A program made the position numbers and the translations under genes. Below are positions 36,962-45,650 of a stretch of 64,000 nucleotides of DNA, in pieces; positions within the stretch are counted from its first letter, which is position 1, and each line of letters starts with the position of its first letter. The notes under the pieces are model-generated. The model was not told the origin of the DNA. It did not search any database and worked only from the letters and a program-made list of their open reading frames with translations. The stretch covers positions 64,904-128,903 of the forward strand of contig CAILYC010000001.1 in assembly GCA_903838355.1 (NCBI GenBank). Direction: 5' to 3'. Source of the stretch: an uncultured Burkholderiales bacterium (lineage in GTDB: Bacteria > Pseudomonadota > Gammaproteobacteria > Burkholderiales > Burkholderiaceae_C).

Positions 36962-37210
36962 TGAAGCTGCCGGGAAAATACTTGGCTTTGGTGCCACGGC
37001 AGCAGGCTCAGCTTTTCATTATGCAGTGAAATTCGCTTGAAAAACCTGCCGTCACACTCGGGACAACCCGCTCATGCGCGGTCGGCCCGCAAAAAAGTGT
37101 TACGACACGATTTTTAATCTGCATCAAACAATACCCATTGAATTCCAGGGCGAAAAATTTCACCACTCAAACAAGTCTTGGGCCCAATCAGCGTCCTTTA
37201 AAATAGCTTG

Positions 37211-38314
37211 ATGCAAGACCTTCCACACTCCAAGCCCGACGCATTGCCGACCCACCCAAACCCGCGCCTGACCTCTTTGTCCCATGGCGGGGGGTGTGGT
37301 TGCAAAATTGCACCCGCTGTGCTGCAAGATATTTTGCGCCGCACCCAAACATCCACGGCAAGCCTGCCCATCCCCAAAGAGCTCTTGGTGGGTCTTGAGA
37401 CCTCGGACGATGCCGCGGTCTACCAACTCAATGAACACCAAGCGCTGGTGGCGACCACTGATTTTTTCATGCCCATCGTCGATGATCCCTTTGAATTTGG
37501 ACGCATCGCTGCCACCAACGCCTTGAGTGACGTCTACGCCATGGGCGGACAACCGATTTTGGCCCTGGCCATCGTGGCAATGCCCGTGAACACCTTGGAT
37601 GCACAAACCATAGCCGACATCCTTCGAGGCGGACAGTCGGTCTGCCAAGACGCGGGCGTCGTGCTCGCTGGGGGTCACACCATTGACTGCGTCGAGCCCA
37701 TCTATGGTTTGGTTGCCTTGGGGCTGGTCGAGCCCCAGTATTTGAAGAAAAACTCGCATGCCCAAGTGGGCGACTGTTTGATTTTGGGCAAACCTTTGGG
37801 GGTGGGCGTGATGTCGGCGGCTTTGAAGAAAAACCAGCTAAGCCCCGCGGCTTATCGTCACATGATTGCAGCCACCACCCAACTCAACCGCCCGGGATCG
37901 GTCCTTGCCAAAATGCCCGGTGTTCATGCCTTGACCGATGTCACCGGCTTTGGCTTACTGGGCCATGCGCTCGAAATGGCCAAGGGCTCTGAGGTTCAAT
38001 TGCTCCTGAACTGGGACTCGATTGCACTGTTGCCCGAGGTCGAAGCCTTGATTCAAGCCGGCCATGTGACGGGTGCTTCGGCTCGCAATTGGGCGAGCTA
38101 CGCAGAGCACGTTGCACTCTCCAAAGACCTGCCCGCTTGGGCCCAAGACCTCTTGAGCGACCCCCAAACCAGCGGCGGCTTGCTCGTGAGTTGTGCGCCT
38201 GAGCAGGCCAAGGCAGTTTTGAGCCTCTTTCAAACCACAGGCTTTCATGACGCCACGGTCATCGGCCATGTGCAGGCCAAACCCTCCCAAGGCACATGGG
38301 TAGGCGTTCACTGA
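37211..38314 (+). CDS. selD: Selenide, water dikinase (Cys type)
   Basis: HGGGCGCK, DDAAVY, TTDFFMP, NALSDVYAMGG, DVTGFGL, DPQTSGGLL. Confidence 0.95.
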   Translation: MQDLPHSKPDALPTHPNPRLTSLSHGGGCGCKIAPAVLQDILRRTQTSTASLPIPKELLVGLETSDDAAVYQLNEHQALVATTDFFMPIVDDPFEFGRIAATNALSDVYAMGGQPILALAIVAMPVNTLDAQTIADILRGGQSVCQDAGVVLAGGHTIDCVEPIYGLVALGLVEPQYLKKNSHAQVGDCLILGKPLGVGVMSAALKKNQLSPAAYRHMIAATTQLNRPGSVLAKMPGVHALTDVTGFGLLGHALEMAKGSEVQLLLNWDSIALLPEVEALIQAGHVTGASARNWASYAEHVALSKDLPAWAQDLLSDPQTSGGLLVSCAPEQAKAVLSLFQTTGFHDATVIGHVQAKPSQGTWVGVH

Positions 38315-38396
38315 TTAAAACCGGTCCTCAAGATCTATTCCAATCTTGGCTTTTCTAACCAAGTCGCAGGATTGGGAGTGCACAAGACCCACTCTT

Positions 38397-38415
38397 AATG
38401 CGAATAATTCTCATT
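38397..38415. promoter_or_regulatory. Fur box
   Basis: AATGCGAATAATTCTCATT near-palindrome directly upstream of feoA. Confidence 0.8.
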
Positions 38416-38432
38416 TAATGTAAAATCTCCCC

Positions 38433-38684
38433 ATGAACTCCTTCCCATCCCTTGCACGACTGCCCAAGCATGAAAAGGCTTGGGTCAAAGCCCTGCGCCC
38501 GCTTGAGTCACAAAGCTTGTTGGCCAGACAACTCGAAGAAATTGGTTTTGTGCCCGGCGAACAAGTGCAGGTCTTGAGCAAAGCCTTGATGGGAGGCGAC
38601 CCGATGGTGGTGAGGGTGGGTCAATCCACCTTCGCCTTGAGGCAAGCCGAGGCCCAGTTGGTTGAAGTCAGTCCGGAGCCCTAA
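38433..38684 (+). CDS. feoA: Ferrous iron transport protein A
   Basis: LEEIGFVPGE..GGDP..FALR..EA. Confidence 0.92.
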   Translation: MNSFPSLARLPKHEKAWVKALRPLESQSLLARQLEEIGFVPGEQVQVLSKALMGGDPMVVRVGQSTFALRQAEAQLVEVSPEP

Positions 38685-38685
38685 G

Positions 38686-40584
38686 GTGCAAACAGCCACC
38701 TTGCATTTTGTCGACAAGACCCCTTTGGTGGCCTTGATTGGGAACCCCAATTGCGGCAAAACCGCCATCTTCAACGCTTTGACGGGCAGCCACCAAAAGG
38801 TGGCCAACTACGCTGGCGTGACGGTAGAGAGAAAAGAAGGCAAAATTGCGTTGGGCGAGTCGGGCAAAACCCTCAGGGTGCTCGATTTACCGGGTGCTTA
38901 CAGCCTCTACCCCAGGTCCCTTGACGAGCGCGTGACCCACGACGTACTGAAAGGTTTGGCCGCAGGTGAGAAACGACCCGACTTGGCCGTGTGCGTGGTG
39001 GACGCCACCAACCTCAGGCGCACCTTGAAGCTCGCCTTGGCCGTGCAACGCTTGGGGGTACCGTGTGTGCTGGCGCTCAACATGAATGACTTGGCACAAA
39101 AAAGAGGCCTCCAGATCGAAGCTCAAGCCCTCTCCAAGGCCTTGGGGATGCCGGTCATCCCCACCGTGGGCATTCAGAGCCAAGGGGTGGCTTTGCTCAA
39201 AGCGCACCTCGTGCAGGCATTTGCCTCTCCAGGTGCGTTACCAGCCACACCCCCGCCACTCCCCCAGGGCGATGCACTCGAGAGCCATGATGCCCAACGC
39301 ATTCAACACCTCTTGCACGACTTGGGGCTCGATCACATACAACCCGACGCCTTGAGTGAACAAATTGATCGCTGGGTATTGCACCCCGTGTGGGGGCCGA
39401 TGCTCTTGGCACTGGTGCTTTTTGTGGTGTTTCAAGCCGTCTTTGACTTGGCCATTGCACCCATGGACTTGATCAAAAGCACCAGCCTGGCCATGGGTGA
39501 CTTTTTGGGCGGCATGATCAACAACCCCCTGCTCAAAAGCCTCGTGGTTGACGGCTTGATGGCTGGTGTGGGCGGTGTATTGGTCTTTTTACCGCAGATT
39601 TTGATCTTGTTTTTTTTCATCTTGGTCCTAGAGGAGTCGGGCTATTTACCAAGAGCGGCCTATTTGCTGGACAAATTGATGGGCAGCGTGGGCTTGTCTG
39701 GTCGATCTTTCATCCCGCTTTTGTCGAGCTTTGCCTGCGCCATTCCTGGCATCATGGCCGCGCGCACCATCGCCAACACCCGTGACCGCTGGGTCACCAT
39801 CATGATCGCACCTTTGATGACGTGCTCGGCGCGATTACCCGTTTACACCTTGCTCATTGCCGCCTTCATACCAGACACCCTGGTGGCGGGGGCTCTGTCA
39901 CTGCGCGGTTTGGTGCTTTTTGCCCTTTACTTGATGGGGATTGCCGGGGCCATGGCCGTGGCTTGGGTGCTCAAACGATTCACACGTGAAGGCGGCCTCG
40001 CCCGACCCTTGATGATGGAGTTGCCCAGTTACCACTGGCCCACCCTTCAAAATGTGGCGATTGGACTGTGGCAACGGGCCAAAATTTTCCTCAGCCGTGT
40101 GGGTGGGGTCATTTTGATCTTGACGCTCATTTTATGGTTCCTCGCGAGCTTTCCAAGGCCCGATGCCGGCTTTGAGGGGCAGCCCATTGAGGTGAGTTTT
40201 GCGGGGATCTTGGGTCACGCCTTGGCCCACGTTTTTGCGCCCATCGGTTTTAACTGGCAAATCAGCATCGCCTTGATTCCTGGCATGGCCGCGCGCGAAG
40301 TGGTGGTGAGCGCATTGAGCACAGTGTATGCCTTGTCGTCGCAAACGGCTGACACGGCCAAGACCTTGGGGCCCATCATCGCCCAATCTTGGAGCTTGGC
40401 CAGCGCTTTGTCCTTGATGGTGTGGTTTGTGTTTGCGCCGCAATGCCTGTCCACCATTGCCACGGTCAAACGTGAGACCAACGGCTGGCGCATGCCCTTG
40501 ATGATGCTTTCCTATTTGTTTTTGCTGGCCTACGCGGCGAGTTTCATCACTTACCGATTGGCCGTTTTTTTGGGCCTGGGATGA
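38686..40584 (+). CDS. feoB: Ferrous iron transport protein B
   Basis: GNPNCGKT, NYAGVTVE, DLPG, NMND, LEESGY, CSARLPVY. Confidence 0.95.
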   Translation: MQTATLHFVDKTPLVALIGNPNCGKTAIFNALTGSHQKVANYAGVTVERKEGKIALGESGKTLRVLDLPGAYSLYPRSLDERVTHDVLKGLAAGEKRPDLAVCVVDATNLRRTLKLALAVQRLGVPCVLALNMNDLAQKRGLQIEAQALSKALGMPVIPTVGIQSQGVALLKAHLVQAFASPGALPATPPPLPQGDALESHDAQRIQHLLHDLGLDHIQPDALSEQIDRWVLHPVWGPMLLALVLFVVFQAVFDLAIAPMDLIKSTSLAMGDFLGGMINNPLLKSLVVDGLMAGVGGVLVFLPQILILFFFILVLEESGYLPRAAYLLDKLMGSVGLSGRSFIPLLSSFACAIPGIMAARTIANTRDRWVTIMIAPLMTCSARLPVYTLLIAAFIPDTLVAGALSLRGLVLFALYLMGIAGAMAVAWVLKRFTREGGLARPLMMELPSYHWPTLQNVAIGLWQRAKIFLSRVGGVILILTLILWFLASFPRPDAGFEGQPIEVSFAGILGHALAHVFAPIGFNWQISIALIPGMAAREVVVSALSTVYALSSQTADTAKTLGPIIAQSWSLASALSLMVWFVFAPQCLSTIATVKRETNGWRMPLMMLSYLFLLAYAASFITYRLAVFLGLG

Positions 40585-40613
40585 GGCAACGACTGTGAAA
40601 AAGGAGAGAGGCC

Positions 40614-41303
40614 ATGATCAAACCATTTTTTCGAATCAAGCGACCGCTCGGTGTACTGGGTATTGTGGGTTTACTGGGACTGCTTTACAGCTTGGGGCTG
40701 GGCCCGGCCATGGCCATTGAAGAGCCCGCCTTCAAGACCTGGGTGCAAGAAGGCGCCATGGAGGTGCGACTCTATGAGCCACGATTGAGCGCCGTCACCT
40801 ATTTGACGGGCGACATGGACCAGGCTTCCAATCAGGGCTTTCGGCGCATTGCGGACTTTATTTTTCGCAACAACACGCCAGCGCACCCAAGCGGCGAGTC
40901 ACTCAGCACAGGGCCAGAAAAAATTGCGATGACCGCCCCCGTCATTGTCCAGCCGCAGAGCATCCCAAAGACACCCAACACGGACTCAGAGTACAAGAGT
41001 GCAGGGAAATGGGCTGTTGAATTTGTCATGCCCAAAGCCTACACGCAAGACAACTTACCCAGACCCAACAACCCAGAGGTTGAAATCAAACCCATCCCCG
41101 CCAAGACTTACGCAGTTTTGACCTACTCGGGGTTCAACACGGAGCAACGGGTACAACGCGAAATTGATGCGCTCACGGCGTGGATACAGACCAAAGGGTG
41201 GCAGAGCATAGGGCCGCCGCAGCTCGCGCGCTATGACCCGCCTTGGACCTTGCCATTTTGGCGCAGAAATGAAATTTGGATTGAGCTCAAACCTCTGCCT
41301 TGA
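40614..41303 (+). CDS. SOUL/HBP heme-binding family protein with signal peptide
   Basis: EEP, EVRLYEP, GFRRIADFIF, KIAMTAPV, FVMP, YDPPWTLPFWRRNEI. Confidence 0.88.
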   Translation: MIKPFFRIKRPLGVLGIVGLLGLLYSLGLGPAMAIEEPAFKTWVQEGAMEVRLYEPRLSAVTYLTGDMDQASNQGFRRIADFIFRNNTPAHPSGESLSTGPEKIAMTAPVIVQPQSIPKTPNTDSEYKSAGKWAVEFVMPKAYTQDNLPRPNNPEVEIKPIPAKTYAVLTYSGFNTEQRVQREIDALTAWIQTKGWQSIGPPQLARYDPPWTLPFWRRNEIWIELKPLP

Positions 41304-41431
41304 GGACGGCTTTAAAGCTTGATCTCAAAAATGGTGTGGGGTCTTCAAGCGCCAAACCCTGAGGGGCTTGGCAGTCTCTGAGGCTTGCGGGGGGGGGTGG
41401 AGGGCTTGCCCGATCGAACTTGAAGCCCAAA

Positions 41432-42790
41432 TCAACGTACGGTTTGAGGTCCGTAAAAGTACAGTGGAAGTGCCTCCACAATTTGTGGAAAGAGACACAA
41501 TAAAAGCACAGCAAACATGATCAAAAAGACAAATGGCAGCGTGCCCCAAACCACGTCAATCAAATCGATGTCTGGGGCAATCTTATTGATGACAAAAATA
41601 TTCAAACCCACAGGTGGATGGATGAGCCCCATCTCCATGATCACCGACATCACCACACCAAACCAAATCAAATCAAAACCTTGTGCGCGCAGAGGCGGCA
41701 AAATAATCGGGGCGGTCATCAAAATGATACTGACTGGGGGCAAGAAAAACCCAAGCACCACCACCATGAGCGCCACGGCCGTGAACAAAGTCCATTTGCT
41801 CAATTGCAGCCCCACAATCCATTCCGCCGTGCTTTGACTGATGTGCAAATAACTCATGACATAGGAGTAAAGCAAGGACATGCCGATGATCATCATGAGC
41901 ATCGTTGCCTCTGAAAGTGAGCTCAAAAAAATCGGCTTCAAATCTGACACTCTCCAAGCGCCATAGACCACTGCGATGAGCAGCAAGGCCAAGGCAGCAC
42001 CCAGGCCAGCCGTCTCAGAAGGCGTTGCAAAGCCACCATAAAGAGCAAACATGACACCGAGCAACAACACCAAAAAGGGAAGCACGCGTGGAATGGCGGC
42101 AAATTTTTGCGCCAACGTGTAATGATCCACTTGCAAAATACGCGAGGACACGCCCCCTGCATCGACCACCGCTTGCGCTCGTTTTTGCTCCCACTGAAAA
42201 CGAAAGACACCATAAAGCGCGAATAAAACGACCAGCAAAATCCCCGGGCCAATGCCCGCCAAGAAAAGTCGGCCCAGCGACTGCTCCGCCGCCACAGCAT
42301 ACAAAATCAAGGTGACCGATGGAGGCAGCAAAATGCCAAGCGTGCCACCCGCGGCCACCAAACCTGCAGCCAATCGAGACGAATAGCCACGCTGCCTCAT
42401 CTCAGGGATGGCCGAGCTACCAATGGCAGAACAGGTAGCAGCGCTCGAGCCAGCCATCGCCGCAAAAAGGCCGCACGCCAGCGTCACCGCAATACCGAGT
42501 CCGCCCGGTATTTTGCTCAACCAAATGTGCATCGCCGAATACAAGTCTCGACCGGCCTTGGACTTGCCAATGGCCGCACCTTTCAAGATGAACAAGGGAA
42601 TGGTGAGCAGCGTGATGCTGGCCATCTCTTCATAGACGTTTTGCGCGACCGTATCAAGGGACGCATGGGGCATAAAGAAATACATGAACACCGTGGCCAC
42701 CGAGCCCAACGCAAACGCAATGGGCATTCCAGAAAAAAGCACCAAACATGTTGATGCTCCAAATAGTAAACCGATTTGTAGTGTTGACAT
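41432..42790 (-). CDS. dctM: TRAP transporter large permease
   Basis: PIAFALG, GSSAAT, GTLGILLPPS, TPSETA, HPPVGLN. Confidence 0.92.
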   Translation of the reverse strand: MSTLQIGLLFGASTCLVLFSGMPIAFALGSVATVFMYFFMPHASLDTVAQNVYEEMASITLLTIPLFILKGAAIGKSKAGRDLYSAMHIWLSKIPGGLGIAVTLACGLFAAMAGSSAATCSAIGSSAIPEMRQRGYSSRLAAGLVAAGGTLGILLPPSVTLILYAVAAEQSLGRLFLAGIGPGILLVVLFALYGVFRFQWEQKRAQAVVDAGGVSSRILQVDHYTLAQKFAAIPRVLPFLVLLLGVMFALYGGFATPSETAGLGAALALLLIAVVYGAWRVSDLKPIFLSSLSEATMLMMIIGMSLLYSYVMSYLHISQSTAEWIVGLQLSKWTLFTAVALMVVVLGFFLPPVSIILMTAPIILPPLRAQGFDLIWFGVVMSVIMEMGLIHPPVGLNIFVINKIAPDIDLIDVVWGTLPFVFLIMFAVLLLCLFPQIVEALPLYFYGPQTVR

Positions 42791-42802
42791 GAATACAGAG
42801 AA

Positions 42803-43339
42803 TTATGAGCGCTTGAGAGCCTGGGCACTCGACACCTGAATGAATAAAACCAAGACCAAGAGACTCATGCCTACAGCCATGCTTCCATAGGGAATCCACA
42901 AAGGCGCGCCAAATGCCGAACCTGAAATTTGATTGTCCTCGATGGCTTCGAGCAACAAAGTCCAAGATTTCCAAGCAAAAAAACAGCAAAAAAGCAGTGA
43001 CATCAAATCACTTAGCCAGCGTCGAACCCCGTCGGCCCGAGGGCTCAAGACTGCAGACAAAGCCTGGATGGCCACGTGGCCCCTTTGCTGCTGAACCCAG
43101 GCACAGGCCAAAAAGGTTGCTCCCACCAACAAAAAAATGGTGACCTCGTCTTGCCAATCGCTGGGGATTTTGAACAAATAGCGTGCCGTGGCCTCCCAAC
43201 TGAGCACACAAGCGGCGACACCAATGGCCACGCTGCCCAAAAAAGCCGTCACTCGGTTCAAGACATTGAGGGCTTTGAGTAAAAAAGGCGCTCCCTCACG
43301 GCTCAATGGGTCGCTCGATGTCAGGTCTTGCATTGGCAC
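42803..43339 (-). CDS. dctQ: TRAP transporter small permease
   Basis: RYLF..WQDE, GHV, PLWIPY; four TM segments. Confidence 0.9.
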   Translation of the reverse strand: MPMQDLTSSDPLSREGAPFLLKALNVLNRVTAFLGSVAIGVAACVLSWEATARYLFKIPSDWQDEVTIFLLVGATFLACAWVQQQRGHVAIQALSAVLSPRADGVRRWLSDLMSLLFCCFFAWKSWTLLLEAIEDNQISGSAFGAPLWIPYGSMAVGMSLLVLVLFIQVSSAQALKRS

Positions 43340-43345
43340 CTCAGG

Positions 43346-44374
43346 TCATGTGACGGCTTGCGCCATTTTCAGAAAGCGGTCGCATTCTGCACTTCGGTTG
43401 GAAAAATCCAACCATGCTGATTTTTGAGCAACTTGGCGCCAACGATCAATGCAAGCATCGTCCATGTCAGCAATCTTGGCGCCGGCTTTTTTGTAGATAT
43501 TGGCCACGTCAATGTCGTCTTCTTTGGCCATTTTGGTGGCAAAGCTCTCTAGCTCCAAACCCACTTCTACGATGGCCTTTTGCTGCGCTGCAGGCAAAGC
43601 ATCAAACACCACTTTGGACATCAACAAAGGCTCAAACATGTACCAAAAACTGCGCTTTTGACCGGTGGTCAATGCTTTGGAGATTTCTTCCAATCGGAAA
43701 GAGATCAAAGAGGTCGATGAGGTCACGGCCGCATCAAGGGAGCCCGTTTGCATGGCTGGATAAATCTCGTTGGAAGGCACGCTCGAGATGATGCCGCCCG
43801 CTTCTTTGAGCATCAGATCCATTTCGCGCGATCCTCCGCGAATTTTGAGCCCCTTCACATCATCGGGATTGACGACCGGCGTGGAGCGAGACACCGTACC
43901 GCCAGCTTGCCAAATCCAAGTGATGATTTTGACACCCTTGGCTTCCAGTAGCTTGGTGAGTTCACGGCCAATTTCAGCTTTTTTCCAAGCAAAACCTTGC
44001 TCATAGGAGGTGACCATGCAAGGCATCAAGCCAATGTTGACCTCTTGCACTTCCCCGCCCGCATAGGCCAAGGGATAGAGGGTCAAGTCAAGTGCGGCTT
44101 TCCTCACCGCAGAAAACTGGGCCACGGTTTTCAAAAGCGAGGAGCCCGGATAAATCTCAAACTTCAAGGCCCCAGCGGTGCGTTTTTCCACGTCCTGGGC
44201 AAATTTTCTGGCCAATCGGTCTCTAAAGTCACCCTTGTCAATCGTGCCACCGGGAAATTGGTGGGAAATTTTCAGCACTTTGGCCTCTGCCGCCTGGGCC
44301 AAACCGCCGACACTCAAAACACCAGAGGCACAAACAGCCGAAGCTGATTGCAATAAGGTACGTCGCTGAATCAT
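43346..44374 (-). CDS. dctP: TRAP substrate-binding protein with Tat-like signal
   Basis: QRRTLL signal; IYPGSSL, KGLKIRG, EIYPAMQTG. Confidence 0.9.
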   Translation of the reverse strand: MIQRRTLLQSASAVCASGVLSVGGLAQAAEAKVLKISHQFPGGTIDKGDFRDRLARKFAQDVEKRTAGALKFEIYPGSSLLKTVAQFSAVRKAALDLTLYPLAYAGGEVQEVNIGLMPCMVTSYEQGFAWKKAEIGRELTKLLEAKGVKIITWIWQAGGTVSRSTPVVNPDDVKGLKIRGGSREMDLMLKEAGGIISSVPSNEIYPAMQTGSLDAAVTSSTSLISFRLEEISKALTTGQKRSFWYMFEPLLMSKVVFDALPAAQQKAIVEVGLELESFATKMAKEDDIDVANIYKKAGAKIADMDDACIDRWRQVAQKSAWLDFSNRSAECDRFLKMAQAVT

Positions 44375-44547
44375 AAAATTTTCTCCTTTGATTAGACTGG
44401 TACTTTCCAGACTACTGCAATTTCACTCCATTGGGTAGAGGTGAAATACCACTTCACTTAAAGAGCTTGATCGATCGATGAGACAGATCAATCAGAAGGT
44501 TTTCCAAGCAAAATATACAGGGCTTAAAAGACACCTTTTTGCGCAAA

Positions 44548-45438
44548 TTACCAAGCATGAGCAAGGTTGTCAGGGAATGAGCCCTCTTTGACCGCTTTAA
44601 CGTATGCTTTCATGGCCGACAGTATGCCATCTTGGTCCACCATGAAATTTCGAACAAACTTTGGCATTTTACCCAAGTTCATCCCGAGCATGTCGTGCAT
44701 CACCAAAACCTGCCCCGCGGTGCCGCTGCCCGCACCAATTCCAATGGTGGCGCAGCGTAACAAGGCCTGGGTGATTTGAGCTGCGAGCACATGCGGCACC
44801 ATCTCAAGCACCATCAAGCTTGCCCCAGCTTCCTCGAGGGACTTTGCATGATCAATCAATATTTTGGCGCTGTCGGCGTCTTTGCCTTGAACGCGGTAAC
44901 CACCCAGCGCAAACACTGTTTGCGGCGTGAGTCCCAAATGGGCGCACACTGGAATTCCACGCTCGACCAAGAAAGCCACAATCTCGCTGGTCCATCCGCC
45001 ACCTTCGAGTTTGACCATGTGAGCGCCGGCCCTCATCAAGGCACTGGCCGATCGAATTGCCTGCTCAGACGATTCTTGGTAGGTGCCAAAAGGCAAGTCG
45101 GCAATCAACCAGGCTCCACCTTGACTTCTTCTAAGACCGCGCGAGACGCATTGGGTGTGGTAACAAATGTCTTCCAAGGTGACGCCCAGCGTGCTCTCGC
45201 TTCCTTGGCAGACCATCCCCAAGGAGTCCCCAACAAGCAAAGAGTCCACCCCCGCCACCTCGGCCATGGCGGCAAAGGTTGCGTCGTAGGCCGTGAGCAT
45301 GGTGATTTTTTCTCCGCTGGCGTGCATCTGCGCCAATCGAGGCAGATTCACAGCTTTTCGCTTGACGAGGGGTGCGTCAGGCGGGAAAGAGCCATAGGCG
45401 GAAAAATCTTTTGCAGAAATGGGTTGTGTCACAGGCAA
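44548..45438 (-). CDS. panB: 3-methyl-2-oxobutanoate hydroxymethyltransferase
   Basis: MLTAYD, LVGDSLG, DLPF, VKLEGG, HLGLTPQ, IGIGAG, GQVLV. Confidence 0.95.
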   Translation of the reverse strand: MPVTQPISAKDFSAYGSFPPDAPLVKRKAVNLPRLAQMHASGEKITMLTAYDATFAAMAEVAGVDSLLVGDSLGMVCQGSESTLGVTLEDICYHTQCVSRGLRRSQGGAWLIADLPFGTYQESSEQAIRSASALMRAGAHMVKLEGGGWTSEIVAFLVERGIPVCAHLGLTPQTVFALGGYRVQGKDADSAKILIDHAKSLEEAGASLMVLEMVPHVLAAQITQALLRCATIGIGAGSGTAGQVLVMHDMLGMNLGKMPKFVRNFMVDQDGILSAMKAYVKAVKEGSFPDNLAHAW

Positions 45439-45556
45439 GTGGGAGAGTTTGTTGGGATTTTAACAGTGCGAAGTCCTTGCCAGAGTTTGCCACAAAGAGC
45501 GCACCGATGGATACGGGCCAATCTCGCGATGGCCCGGTTTTTAACCGTTGACTGTT

Positions 45557-45565
45557 TTATCCACA
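45557..45565 (+). promoter_or_regulatory. Perfect DnaA box in the acnB-panB intergenic region
   Basis: TTATCCACA. Confidence 0.3.
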
Positions 45566-45650
45566 AACCCTTTGGATCACGGCCAAAAGAGCCTTGCATC
45601 CACAAGGCTCAAGGCCGCCCAACAAGCCTAGAGGGCTGCACAATTTGAAA

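Noticed and set aside
37211-37310. Possible selenocysteine (UGA) in SelD
   Set aside because: The active-site codons are TGT/TGC (GGGCGCK), and there is no in-frame TGA.
44392-44492. Imperfect palindromes upstream of dctP (TAGACTGG..CCAGACTA; ATCGATCGAT)
   Set aside because: They could be operators, but there is no linked regulator or second copy to support a call.
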